Shown: in pieces, positions 29,650 to 39,287 of the stretch
Layout of the letters: each line of letters starts with the position of its first letter
How positions within the stretch are numbered: the stretch's first letter is position 1
From: Verrucomicrobiia bacterium
Lineage (GTDB): Bacteria > Verrucomicrobiota > Verrucomicrobiia > Limisphaerales > DSYF01
Reading direction: 5' to 3'
DNA length: 64,000 bases
Assembly (NCBI GenBank): GCA_035765895.1
Contig: DASTWL010000023.1
Coordinates: forward strand, 41,310 to 105,309
Program-made: the position numbers and the translations under genes
Notes under the pieces: model-generated
The model's input: the letters and a program-made list of their open reading frames with translations, nothing else
What the model was told of the DNA's origin: nothing
The model's database searches: none

Positions 29650-30635
29650 TCACGTGTGGCCGGTGAGGCTGAACCCGACCAGGGCCGCCAGATAAACCAC
29701 GTAGGCGGCAAGCAGGACGACACCTTCGCGGCGCGAAATCCGGTTGCCCGTGAACATCATCGCCAGCAGCGGCCCCATGAGGGCGAGCATGGCCGGAGAA
29801 TTGAACAACTGGGTAAGCCGGGGCTCATGTGGACATCCTGCAAGGCGGCGGCGCAGCCCACGATGAACGTGAGGTTGGCGATGTTTGCACCCAGCACGTT
29901 CCCCAAGGCCCGGTCGGAAACGGAGCGGCGGCTGGACGTGATGGCGGTAGTCAGTTCGGGCAATGAGGTCCCGATGGCCACCACCGTCAGCCCGATAATA
30001 ATGAGCGGCACTCCCAATCCGCCCGCGATGAAAACCGCGGCATCCACGAGCCGGCGGCGGCCGATCACCACCAGCCCGGCGCCCAACCCGAACTGGACCG
30101 CCATCCAAAAACGTGTGTCGAACCAGGCAAAACGCCGCACCACGTTTTGCTCGATGGCACGTGCCTCCGCCACCTCGGAACGATTGCGGTTGCGCGCGTG
30201 CTGGAGGAAATCCCACGCAAAGTAACCCAGGCCCAGGGCCAGGAGCAGGATGCCCTGCCAGCGCGAGAGCACGAGATCGAGCGTCATCAAAAGGAGCAAT
30301 CCACCGCAGAGGAACATGGTCACCAAAGGCGTGCGCAACAGGCGCGGGTGCGCGTCCACATGCTTCAAGGTCGCCGTGACGCCGAGGATCAGGCAGAGAT
30401 TGCAGATTACGGAACCGATGGCATTGCCCACCGCCAGGCTCGACTCGCCCCGGACGCCCGCGGATGGAGACGACGGCCTCCGGCACGGTCGTGGCCAGAC
30501 TCAACAGCGTGGAGGCAATGACCACGTGCGGCATCCGCAACAGCCCGGCAATGCGAACGGCCGACGCGCGAACAGTTCGCCGCCCTTGATGATCAGCACC
30601 AACCCCAACCCGAGCAGCAACACTTGCAGGAGCAT
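29650..30635 (-). pseudogene. Ca2+/cation antiporter (CaCA/YrbG-like) gene disrupted by three frameshifts
   Basis: Homologous pieces lie in three frames. First, MLLQVLLLGLGLVLIIKGGELF from the ATG at 30635. Then, after a shift, ASAVRIAGLLRMPHVVIASTLLSLATTVPEAVVSI. After a second shift near 30460, AGVRGESSLAVGNAIGSVICNLCLILG...LGNVLGANIANLTFIVGCAAALQDVHMS. After a third shift near 29820, RLTQLFNSPAMLALMGPLLAMMFTGNRISRREGVVLLAAYVVYL. Total length is 986 nt, not a multiple of 3. Confidence 0.7.
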
Positions 30636-30648
30636 GGCTGGCTGCGCG

Positions 30649-31422
30649 CTACTTGCTGATGCCGCGTTCGCTGCTCTTTACGAATTCCACCAGGTGCTGG
30701 ATTTCCGGCAGCGGCGGCAGTTCGGCTTCAATGCGGGCCACCGCATTGGAAATGTTCAGCCCTTCGCGGAAGAGAATTTTGTAGGCCGCCTTCATCGCGC
30801 TTTGCGCCGCCTCGCTGATGCCGTGGCGCTCCATGCCCACCTTGTTGATCGTCCGCGTTTCGGCCGGGTTGCCGTCGCCGATCATGAAGGGCGGGATGTC
30901 CTGCACGACCTTGGAGCAGCCGCCGATCATGGCGAATTTGCCGATCCGGCAAAACTGGTGGATGGCCGCGAGCCCGCCAATCACTGCGCGGTCGCCCACG
31001 GTCACATGGCCGGCGAGCGTGGCCACGTTGGACATGATGATGTCGTTCCCGAGCTGGCAGTCGTGCGCAATGTGGCAGTAGGCGAGGATGTGGTTGTGCG
31101 AACCCACCTTCGTCGCATCGCCGTCGTTGGTCGCGCTGTGAATCGTCACATATTCGCGGAACGTGTTGCCGTCGCCAATTTCCGTGCGCGTAATGCCGCC
31201 GTTCCACTTCAGGTCCTGGGTCTTGAGCCCGAGACTGGCAAAGGGAAACACCTCGTTGTCGCTGCCCAGCCGCGTGTGCCCGTCAATCACCACGTGCGAA
31301 TGCAGCCTGCACCGGTCGCCCAGCACAACGTGCGCGCCGATGACGCAATAGGGGCCGATTTCGCAGTCCGCGCCGAGCTGGGCGTCCGGATGGATGATGG
31401 CCGTTGGATGAATCACACTCAT
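30649..31422 (-). CDS. lpxA: Acyl-ACP--UDP-N-acetylglucosamine O-acyltransferase
   Basis: 257 aa from the ATG at 31422. MSVIHPTAIIHPDAQLGADCEIGPYCVIG, a hexapeptide-repeat protein. ATGA overlap with the lpxC/fabZ stop. Confidence 0.9.
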   Translation of the reverse strand: MSVIHPTAIIHPDAQLGADCEIGPYCVIGAHVVLGDRCRLHSHVVIDGHTRLGSDNEVFPFASLGLKTQDLKWNGGITRTEIGDGNTFREYVTIHSATNDGDATKVGSHNHILAYCHIAHDCQLGNDIIMSNVATLAGHVTVGDRAVIGGLAAIHQFCRIGKFAMIGGCSKVVQDIPPFMIGDGNPAETRTINKVGMERHGISEAAQSAMKAAYKILFREGLNISNAVARIEAELPPLPEIQHLVEFVKSSERGISK

Positions 31423-32768
31423 GCGGGGTTGGCGTCGGTGAGCATGAACGTGACGTCCGCTTCGCTGACGACGTCGCCGCGCACCTTGCAGACGCCCTTG
31501 GCCTTGCCAATTTTGCCGCGCATCTTCACGAGTTCGATGTCGATGATGAGCGTGTCGCCGGGCACGACGGGCTTCCGCCACTTTACATTTTCCGCCGACA
31601 TGAAATAGGCGATCTGACCGACGGCTTCGCCCTTGCGGATGAGCAGGATGCCGGCGACCTGCGCAATGGCTTCCAGCTGCATGACGCCCGGCATGATGGG
31701 GTGCCCGGGAAAGTGCCCCTGAAAGAACGGCTCGTTGACGGTGACGCACTTGACGCCCACGATGCGGTTGCCCTCGATTTTGGCCACACGGTCCACCATC
31801 AGAAACGGGTAGCGATGCGGGAGGGTTTTCATCACCTGCTCCACGTTCATCAGGCAGCCGTCTTCTTCCGCCACGGGCTGGGTGGTTTCCGGAGCGCTGG
31901 GCGGTTGCGGCGTAAAGGTCTGCGTGGCCAGCAAGGGCTTGCGGATCTGCGCCTGAATCAGCCGGGCGAACTCGCAATTCGCGGCATGGCTGGGCCGCAC
32001 GGCGATGAGATGGCCATTCACCGGCCGCCCGACCAGCGAGAGGTCGCCCACAATGTCGAGCATCTTGTGCCGGACGAATTCCTCGGGATAACGCAGCGGT
32101 TCGGTGGTCAGCACGGCATCATCACGAATGACCACCGCGTTTTCGAGACTGCCGCCCTTGATCAGCCCGTTTTTGAACAGGAACTCAATCTCCTCGTAGA
32201 AGCAAAAGGTGCGCGCGTGCGCCAGCTCCTTCTCCCATGAGGCGGGCGTGACCTCGCAACTGTAAAACTGGGTGAACCGGCCGCTCTTGTCCGCGCTGGT
32301 GCAGGTGATTTTGAAGCCCTCGCCAGGAAACATGGTCATCACGGTCTCGCCCAGCTTCAGCTCGATGGGCTCGGTGATGGTGTAAGGTTCGCGGGCCTCG
32401 TTCTGCACCACCACGCCCGCGTGCTGGATCATCTTGCAGTATTCGCGCGAACTGCCATCCGCAATCGGCGGCTCGTTGGCGTCCAGTTCCACGATGGCAT
32501 TGTCAATGCCGTAGCCGGCGAACGTGGCTAGGACATGCTCGACCGTGTGAATCTTGACGTTGCCCTTGGACAAGGTGGTCGAACGATTGGTCTCGCTGAC
32601 GTTCTCGACCCGGGCCTCGATTTCCGGCCGGCCGTCCAAATCCACCCGGCGGAAGCGGATGCCGGTGTTGGGCGGCGCGGGCAAAAACGTCATCGAGACC
32701 TTGTTGCCGCTGTGCAGTCCTGTCCCGGAAAAATCAACGGAATTCTTGATGGTTTGCTGCGGTAGCAC
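31419..32768 (-). CDS. Bifunctional UDP-3-O-acyl-GlcNAc deacetylase / 3-hydroxyacyl-ACP dehydratase (LpxC-FabZ fusion)
   Basis: LpxC part: QQTIKNSVDFSGTGLHSGNKV...HTVEHVLA...HKMLDIVGDL. FabZ part: LPHRYPFLMVDRV...FFQGHFPGHPIMPGV. No in-frame ATG lies near the conserved N-terminus, so I place the start at the GTG at 32768 (alternative GTG at 32783). The track start at 33074 overlaps the next gene. Confidence 0.85.
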   Translation of the reverse strand: MLPQQTIKNSVDFSGTGLHSGNKVSMTFLPAPPNTGIRFRRVDLDGRPEIEARVENVSETNRSTTLSKGNVKIHTVEHVLATFAGYGIDNAIVELDANEPPIADGSSREYCKMIQHAGVVVQNEAREPYTITEPIELKLGETVMTMFPGEGFKITCTSADKSGRFTQFYSCEVTPASWEKELAHARTFCFYEEIEFLFKNGLIKGGSLENAVVIRDDAVLTTEPLRYPEEFVRHKMLDIVGDLSLVGRPVNGHLIAVRPSHAANCEFARLIQAQIRKPLLATQTFTPQPPSAPETTQPVAEEDGCLMNVEQVMKTLPHRYPFLMVDRVAKIEGNRIVGVKCVTVNEPFFQGHFPGHPIMPGVMQLEAIAQVAGILLIRKGEAVGQIAYFMSAENVKWRKPVVPGDTLIIDIELVKMRGKIGKAKGVCKVRGDVVSEADVTFMLTDANPA

Positions 32769-32946
32769 GCGCGCATTAAACACCGTCGCCGGACGGCAAG
32801 GCAAGCGGGCAAACGGCGGTGGCCGGTTGAAGGCAGGCGGGAACACCAACGGATGGCGACACCTCCCGCAGCCCGTCAAACCGTGGCGGAAACGCAACGC
32901 ACCCCCCACCCCAATCTTTGGTTTAGCACGCCACGCGGCCTTTCCG

Positions 32947-33591
32947 TCATGCGGCGCGCGAAACTTTGCCGCGTGGGCGACGTGACTGCCAAAGCACCAG
33001 CCCCTCAAGCAGCAGGAAGGTCCCGCTCGCTGGTTCAGGCACGGAGACGACCAAGTTGTCGAGCGACCAGCCATAGCCCGGCACTTCGACCCGGGTCAGG
33101 CCCGTCCAGCCGGAGCCGAAGGTGAAGGTCTGAAAATCCGCCAGCGGCCCGGTGCCGTCAATGATGCCGTCGGTGGTAAAGCTCGTGGTAATCGTGCCGC
33201 CGCCCGCATAGTAACCGATGAATTGCACCGTCACCGCGTCCGGCACTACGGTGCTGTATTCGGCCAAGTCCACCGAAACGAGTCCAAATAACGAGCCGTC
33301 GGTGAAGCTGAACATGAGCGTGCTTCCTAACAAACCTTGTAAGTAGGCGGAGCCATCGTCCGGCCGTTCTACCCTAGGATCTGCACCAACCCGAACAAAC
33401 GCTTCATTCCAAACACCCGGATTGATGGGCGTGAATAACATACCAGCCTCGTTGTAGTTTGTGATGAGAGCCGCCGTGCCTGGTGGTTGCACGGGTGCTC
33501 CATCGAAGGTGATTTGGACCGTTCCCTGAGCGTGTAAGTTTGCGACCACGCCAAGGAATGCGGCAGCAAGGAGAGCAATGCTGGTTTTCAT
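32947..33591 (-). CDS. PEP-CTERM sorting-domain secreted protein
   Basis: 214 aa. Signal peptide MKTSIALLAAAFLGVVANLHAQG. C-terminal VPEPASGTFLLLEGLVLWQSRRPR (PEP motif + TM + basic tail). Confidence 0.78.
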   Translation of the reverse strand: MKTSIALLAAAFLGVVANLHAQGTVQITFDGAPVQPPGTAALITNYNEAGMLFTPINPGVWNEAFVRVGADPRVERPDDGSAYLQGLLGSTLMFSFTDGSLFGLVSVDLAEYSTVVPDAVTVQFIGYYAGGGTITTSFTTDGIIDGTGPLADFQTFTFGSGWTGLTRVEVPGYGWSLDNLVVSVPEPASGTFLLLEGLVLWQSRRPRGKVSRAA

Positions 33592-33845
33592 GGTTGTTTC
33601 AGGACAACTGCAATGTCTTCCCCGTCAAGCCCCGTGTCGCCGAGGTATTGCGACGCTAGCCAGTGACCCGCCAAGTCGGTCTGCACGACCGTATTGCCGT
33701 CGGCCAGGAAATAGAGCGACTGGCCATCGGGCGCGGTGGCCACCCCCGTGGCCAGGGGATAACCCAAGGAACTCAGGTCAATCACCAAGCCGCCCACCGC
33801 AGCACCTGCGAACCTTTCATAAGTTGGGCCTGATTTGTTTTTCAA
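33588..33845 (-). CDS. Hypothetical 85-aa ORF, possibly a beta-propeller gene remnant
   Basis: TTG start, no signal peptide. ...ATAPDGQSLYFLADGNTVVQTDLAGHW... looks like a single propeller blade. ATGA overlap with the PEP-CTERM start. Weak support. Confidence 0.25.
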   Translation of the reverse strand: MKNKSGPTYERFAGAAVGGLVIDLSSLGYPLATGVATAPDGQSLYFLADGNTVVQTDLAGHWLASQYLGDTGLDGEDIAVVLKQP

Positions 33846-34088
33846 CCGAAGTCTGCGTGGTTAACAAAGCGTCTTCTATGCCGGTCGCGAAAACTCTTCC
33901 AAACGTCTTTTGGCTTTTTCGTCCCGGATTTTGTCACGGCCGAAGGCGCGGTAAGAGAAAGGCCGTTGTTACGCACGCCAAGCCCCGCGACGACTTCGGA
34001 TAGGGTTCAACGCGCTGGGTAGCGTCTCCGCGATTCGCCCCGCGAAATTTTGTCGCGTTGGCTGGTTTCAAGAAACGCAACGAACTCC

Positions 34089-34814
34089 TCACCGCCGCCC
34101 GTCATACCACGGGTGACAATCCTCGCGGCTGCGCATGACCCGGCGCGGAGCGAAGGCCGCCTTGAGGAAGAATCCGAGCAGTTCGCGCTGGCGGTAGAGA
34201 TGCAGCTTGCGGGCGGAGGTCAGCAAGGGATGTCGATGCAGAATCACAATGTGGCGCCCGGTGCGTTTGCCGACCGCGCGCAGCTTCAGACTCAAATCCA
34301 GTTCCTCCCCCGCGAAGAGTTCGTGACTGAAGCCACCGACTTCGCGGAACGCCGCCGCTTCCACAAAGATGAACGAACCGGCCATCAACCGGCGCAGGCG
34401 GCTGACGCGGTTCCAAAGCCCCGCGCCCAGCCGGCCCACCCATTTGTTCGTCTCCATGCGCACGGTTGAACCGCCGGCCAGGCAGTGTCCGCGAACAATC
34501 TCCGCCGCCACATCGTTGAACAACTCGCGCGACGGGTGGGAATCCGCATCCACAAAAACGAGCCAGTCGCCCGTCGCGGCGGCGGCGCCAGCATTGCGGG
34601 CCCGGGCGATTTGATTCACGGGCTCGAAGACGACTTGGGCTCCGGCCGCACGGGCGATTTCCGCCGTGCGGTCGGTGGAATTGTTGTCGCAGACGATGAG
34701 TTCCGTCTCCCAACCGCGTTCCGGAAAGACCGCCATCGCCCGGCTGACTTCCCGCAGGCTGTCCCCCAGCAGACGCTCCTCGTTGAAGGCGGGAATGACG
34801 ATGGAAATTTTCAT
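34089..34814 (-). CDS. Family 2 glycosyltransferase
   Basis: 241 aa. MKISIVIPAFNEERLL...LIVCDNNSTDRT...NAGAAAATGDWLVFVDADS. Confidence 0.82.
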   Translation of the reverse strand: MKISIVIPAFNEERLLGDSLREVSRAMAVFPERGWETELIVCDNNSTDRTAEIARAAGAQVVFEPVNQIARARNAGAAAATGDWLVFVDADSHPSRELFNDVAAEIVRGHCLAGGSTVRMETNKWVGRLGAGLWNRVSRLRRLMAGSFIFVEAAAFREVGGFSHELFAGEELDLSLKLRAVGKRTGRHIVILHRHPLLTSARKLHLYRQRELLGFFLKAAFAPRRVMRSREDCHPWYDGRR

Positions 34815-34920
34815 AACTGAACCGGGCCGCGGCTGTCCTCAGCCGCAGCGCGTCGCCGGGCGGGATGGTTCGCGCCGTTGTCGTAATCGGGGCGGCGGTG
34901 GCTGGGGTCAGCCGCGTGCC

Positions 34921-35973
34921 TCACGCCACCCGCGCCTCGCCCGTGCCTTTGACAACCTCGCCGATGATCCAAGCCTTGTGCTTGGTGGCGTTGATGGCGC
35001 GCAGCACGGCGTCGGCGTGGTCCGGCGCCACGATGGCCGTCATGCCGATGCCCATGTTGAAGACCTGATACAACTCGGCCTCCGGCACGCCGCCTTTGTC
35101 CACGATCATCTGGAAGATGGGCAGCACGTCCCACGAACCCTTGCGAATCACCACATCGCATTTGTCCGGCAGCACGCGCGGAATGTTGTCCACGAAGCCG
35201 CCGCCGGTAATGTGGGCCAGTCCGCGAATCACGCGGGTCGCGCCGGGATTGAACTTCTTCAACAGCGACTGCACGAGCGGACCGTAGCTGACGTGAACCT
35301 TGAGCAGTTCGTCGCCGAGGGTGTTGCCGAGTTCGGCCACGCGCGCGGCGGGCTTGAGTTTGAGCTTTTCAAAAAAGATTTTCCGCGCGAGTGAATAGCC
35401 ATTCGTGTGCAGGCCGGACGAGGCAATGCCGATCACGGCGTCACCGCGTTTCACGTTTTTCCGGCCGTTCAGCATGCGGGACTTGTCCACCACACCCACG
35501 ATGGTGCCGCTCACATCGTATTCGCCCTTCTGGTAGAAACCGGGCATCTGTGCCGTCTCGCCGCCGATGAGCGTGCATTTGTTTTCCGCGCAGGCCTTGG
35601 CAAAGCCCTTGATGACTTCGGTGAAGACGTGCGGCTCCAGCTTGCCGGTGCCGAGGTAGTCGAGGAAGAAGAGCGGCTCCGCGCCGAGCACGGCGATGTC
35701 GTCCACGCAATGATTCACCAGGTCCTGGCCGATGGTGTCGTGGCGGTCCATCGCGAAGGCAATCTTGAGCTTGGTGCCCACACCGTCCACGCTCGAAACC
35801 AGCACGGGCTCGCGGTATTTCTTCACGTCCAGCGCGAACAGGCCGCCGAAGCCGCCGACCTTGCCGAGCACTTCGCGGCGGTGCGTGGCGGCAAGCATTT
35901 GCGGGAGCGTGGCCTTCACCCGGTTGCCAAGATCAATGTCCACCCCGGCGGCGGCGTATGCCTTTTGTTTCAT
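34921..35973 (-). CDS. purM: Phosphoribosylformylglycinamidine cyclo-ligase
   Basis: Starts at the ATG at 35973. MKQKAYAAAGVDIDLGN...GGFGGLF...VSSVDGVGTK...GGETA. The track N-terminal extension is rejected. Confidence 0.9.
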   Translation of the reverse strand: MKQKAYAAAGVDIDLGNRVKATLPQMLAATHRREVLGKVGGFGGLFALDVKKYREPVLVSSVDGVGTKLKIAFAMDRHDTIGQDLVNHCVDDIAVLGAEPLFFLDYLGTGKLEPHVFTEVIKGFAKACAENKCTLIGGETAQMPGFYQKGEYDVSGTIVGVVDKSRMLNGRKNVKRGDAVIGIASSGLHTNGYSLARKIFFEKLKLKPAARVAELGNTLGDELLKVHVSYGPLVQSLLKKFNPGATRVIRGLAHITGGGFVDNIPRVLPDKCDVVIRKGSWDVLPIFQMIVDKGGVPEAELYQVFNMGIGMTAIVAPDHADAVLRAINATKHKAWIIGEVVKGTGEARVA

Positions 35974-36092
35974 GCGGCGGGGAGTAAAACGACACCCCCG
36001 CCGACACGCCAGACGAAACTTCCGGGGAGACACGGTGTTTTTGGTTTTGCCATTGCCCGTCACGGCAATTGCCGTTAAATAGGCCCAACTGA

Positions 36093-37439
36093 ATGCGCTG
36101 GCGTGTATTCTTCATAATCTCGGCCTGCGTAAACGCCGGTTTGTTTGCGGCGTGGCTTCATGCCCGCAAACCGGCCGCCCCGACGACGACGGCCACCGGG
36201 CCGGCCACCACCAACACCCAGTTCCGGACCCACGTCGTTGTCCGGCGGCAGTTCTTCAGTTGGAATGAAATCGAATCCACCGATTATTCCACCTACATCG
36301 CCAACTTGCGGGACATCGGCTGCCCGGAGCAGACCATTCGCGACATCATCATCGCCGACGTCAACGCGCTCTTCGCCAAGAAACGCGAGCAGGAGCTGCG
36401 CACCGCCGGACAGCAATGGTGGCGCACGACGCTCGCGCCGGAAGTGCTGCGCAAACTGCGGGCGCTCGACGATGAACGGCGCGCGTTGCTGACCAAACTG
36501 CTCGGCGCAGGCTGGGATCCAAACGCCGCCACCACCGTCAAAAAGCTGACGCCGCTGCCGCTGGATGGGCCGGTGCTGGGCATGCTCCCGGATGATGTCA
36601 AAGCCCGGATCAACGAAGTGGTGGCTGCCTCACAACAACGCATGGCCGATTTGGTCGCCCAGGCAGCCGCCGAAGGCCGCCAACCCAGCGGAGCCGAAAT
36701 GGCGGCGGTGCGCGAACAGACCCGGACCGAACTGCAAAAGATTCTGACGCCCCCACAACTCGAAGAATTTCTGCTGCGCTTCTCGCAAAACGCCATCGAC
36801 CTGCGCACCGAACTGGGGGGCCTGGGTTATTTCAAGGCGACGCCCGAGGAATTTCGCGCCTTGTTCCGGGCGCGCGACCCGTTCGACGAAAAGATCGCCG
36901 CGCTGCAAGGCAGCACCGATCCGAACGACCTCCGCCAACTGCGATCCCTGGAGCAGCAACGCGAAAACGCCATTCGTCAGGCCCTCGGGTCGAAGCGTTA
37001 TGAGCTCTACCGGCAGTTGCATGACTCCACGTATCGCTCGGCCTACGCGCAGGCCGCCGCCGCGGGAGTGCCCGGCGCGGTTGGCACGCTCTACCAACTC
37101 AATCAGGCCACCCAGGCGGAACTCGACCGCATCAAGGCCAATTCAAACCTGACGCCGGAACAACTCGCCGTCGAATCCAAGCGGGTCGAACTGGAGCAGG
37201 CTGAAGCGTCCACCGCCGCCGTCGGTCAGGACATCCCCCCCGATCCGGATGCACCGCCCGAGCCTCCGCCACCGCCGCAGAATCGCACGCACATCATCCG
37301 TTCGGGCGAGACACTGGGCGCGCTTTCGACGGCTTATGGTGTGCCGGTGAACATGATTCTCGACGCCAATCCGGGCCTCCAGTTCAACAACCTGAGGGTG
37401 GGTCAAAGCATCATCATTCCGCCGGCCCCGACGCGATAA
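36093..37439 (+). CDS. Membrane-anchored coiled-coil protein with C-terminal LysM domain
   Basis: 448 aa. N-terminal TM segment, long helical/charged region, Pro-rich linker, then LysM: HIIRSGETLGALSTAYGVPVNMILDANPGLQFNNLRVGQSIIIP. Confidence 0.7.
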   Translation: MRWRVFFIISACVNAGLFAAWLHARKPAAPTTTATGPATTNTQFRTHVVVRRQFFSWNEIESTDYSTYIANLRDIGCPEQTIRDIIIADVNALFAKKREQELRTAGQQWWRTTLAPEVLRKLRALDDERRALLTKLLGAGWDPNAATTVKKLTPLPLDGPVLGMLPDDVKARINEVVAASQQRMADLVAQAAAEGRQPSGAEMAAVREQTRTELQKILTPPQLEEFLLRFSQNAIDLRTELGGLGYFKATPEEFRALFRARDPFDEKIAALQGSTDPNDLRQLRSLEQQRENAIRQALGSKRYELYRQLHDSTYRSAYAQAAAAGVPGAVGTLYQLNQATQAELDRIKANSNLTPEQLAVESKRVELEQAEASTAAVGQDIPPDPDAPPEPPPPPQNRTHIIRSGETLGALSTAYGVPVNMILDANPGLQFNNLRVGQSIIIPPAPTR

Positions 37440-37552
37440 TCGAACCCCGACCGGTCCGCCAACGACGCCGGCAAAAGCGGTCCGGGCGGCGCGAAGAAAT
37501 TTTCCCGTTTCACTGGATTTTGCCCGGACCGCGAAGCATCTTGAGCGCAGAT

Positions 37553-37900
37553 ATGAAGCTCATTCTATCGACCCACAACATCAAACTTACCGAGGGTATC
37601 ACGCAACACATCCTGGACCGCATTGACAAGCTCGATCACTACGATCGCTGGGCGGTGGACGCGCGTGTCATTGTTGAGCACGACAAAACCCGCACGCCGG
37701 AACGGCAGTTCTGCTGCAGCATCCGCCTGGGCGTGCGCGGTCCGGATTTGTTTGCCGAAGATCATGATGCCGACCTCTACGCGGCCATCGACAAGGTCAC
37801 CAAAAAGATTGAGCAGCAGATCCGCAAACGCCACAGCAAGCACAAGGCCGCCAAGCACAAGGACGCGGCCAAGTTGAAACGCACCCGTCAACAGTCCTGA
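37553..37900 (+). CDS. hpf: Ribosome hibernation factor (HPF/RaiA family, short form)
   Basis: MKLILSTHNIKLTEGITQHILDRIDKL...DLYAAIDKVTKKIEQQIRKRHSK. ATG at 37553. Confidence 0.8.
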   Translation: MKLILSTHNIKLTEGITQHILDRIDKLDHYDRWAVDARVIVEHDKTRTPERQFCCSIRLGVRGPDLFAEDHDADLYAAIDKVTKKIEQQIRKRHSKHKAAKHKDAAKLKRTRQQS

Positions 37901-37927
37901 CCCACCCCGATCATCGAGCGATTGCCA

Positions 37928-39175
37928 ATGCTGCTCCGCGCCCGCTTCGTGGTTCCGGTTTCGCAGCCGCCCATCGAAAACGGCGCCGTGCTGGTTTCGG
38001 GCTCGCGCATCAAGGCGGTGGGATCCTGGCGCGATTTGCAGCGGGTCGCGCGCAACCGGGCGACGGATCTGGGCGACGTGGCCCTCCTGCCGGGATTGAT
38101 CAATGCACATTGCCATCTGGATTACACGCAGATGGCCGGCTGTTTCGAGCCGCCGCGCCGGTTTACGGATTGGATCAAGCTGATCACCGCGGAAAAGGGC
38201 CAGTGGAGCGACGCTGATTTCAAGGCGTCCTGGCTGGCCGGAGCCCGCATGCTGGTCCGGACCGGCACCACCACCGTGGGCGACGTGGAAGCCCTGCCCA
38301 ATCTGTTGCCCGAGGTCTGGGACGCGACGCCGCTGCGCGTTTTTTCGTTCCTGGAAATGACCGGCATCCGGAGCCGCCGGCAGCCGCGTGCGGTTCTCGA
38401 CGAAGCGCTGGCCCACGCCCGAAGGTTGAAGCATCACCGCTCCCGCGCCTGGCTTTCGCCGCATGCCCCCTACTCCACGCTGCCGGAATTGTTGAGCCTC
38501 GCGAGCCGCACCACGCGCCGCCGGCGCTGGCGCATGACCACGCACGTGGCCGAATCGGATCAGGAGTTCGAGATGTTTCTGCACGCACAGGGCGAGATGC
38601 ACGACTGGCTCCAACGCAACGAACGAAACAACGCCGACTGCGGTTTGGGCTCGCCGGTTCGGCACCTGGAACGGTGTGGTGCGCTGACCTCTGCGCTGCT
38701 GGCCATTCACGTGAACTATCTGGCGCCGGGCGATGCGGAACTGCTCGGCAAGCGTGGCGTCCATGTGATTCATTGTCCCCGGAGCCACGCGTATTTTCGG
38801 CATCAAGCCTTTCCCTTCGAGGCGCTCTCCGCCGCCGGCGTCAACCTGTCACTGGCCACCGACAGCCTGGCCAGCGTCACGCTGGTGCGGCGGCAAACCG
38901 CGGAGCTGAATCTGTTTGAGGAAATGCGGGAATTCGCACGCCGCTTTGGCTCCGTCCCGGCCGAAACGATCCTGCGCATGGTGACGTTGAATCCCGCCCG
39001 GGCGCTTGGGTGCGCGGGCAAGCTGGGCGAGTTGCGGTCCGGCGCCCAGGCCGATCTCATCGCCGTGCCCGTGGCATCGGGCCACGGTGATCCCTGCGAC
39101 GCCATCGTCCAGCACACCGGCCCCGTCAGCGCCAGCCTGATTGACGGCGCGTGGGCCCTGCCGCCCGGGCGCTAA
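37928..39175 (+). CDS. Amidohydrolase-superfamily protein (chlorohydrolase/nucleoside-deaminase-like)
   Basis: MLLRARFVVPVSQPPIENGAVLVSGSRI...LPGLINAHCHLDYT...HVAES...HC.... The substrate is not assignable from sequence. Confidence 0.7.
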   Translation: MLLRARFVVPVSQPPIENGAVLVSGSRIKAVGSWRDLQRVARNRATDLGDVALLPGLINAHCHLDYTQMAGCFEPPRRFTDWIKLITAEKGQWSDADFKASWLAGARMLVRTGTTTVGDVEALPNLLPEVWDATPLRVFSFLEMTGIRSRRQPRAVLDEALAHARRLKHHRSRAWLSPHAPYSTLPELLSLASRTTRRRRWRMTTHVAESDQEFEMFLHAQGEMHDWLQRNERNNADCGLGSPVRHLERCGALTSALLAIHVNYLAPGDAELLGKRGVHVIHCPRSHAYFRHQAFPFEALSAAGVNLSLATDSLASVTLVRRQTAELNLFEEMREFARRFGSVPAETILRMVTLNPARALGCAGKLGELRSGAQADLIAVPVASGHGDPCDAIVQHTGPVSASLIDGAWALPPGR

Positions 39176-39287
39176 CCTTGTCGCCTTCATGGATTAACCG
39201 GGTCCGAACGCAAACCGCCGGTTCGGGGGGTTATATCTTGCGTTACGTTTGGGCTACTTCTACGATGCGTCCTGCTTAGGCACATTC

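Noticed and set aside
30250-31608. 452-aa plus-strand ORF, together with the 442-aa minus ORF 30649..31977.
   Set aside because: The first is antisense to lpxA. The second is lpxA plus an out-of-frame N-terminal extension through the fabZ domain. The true lpxA start is the ATG at 31422.
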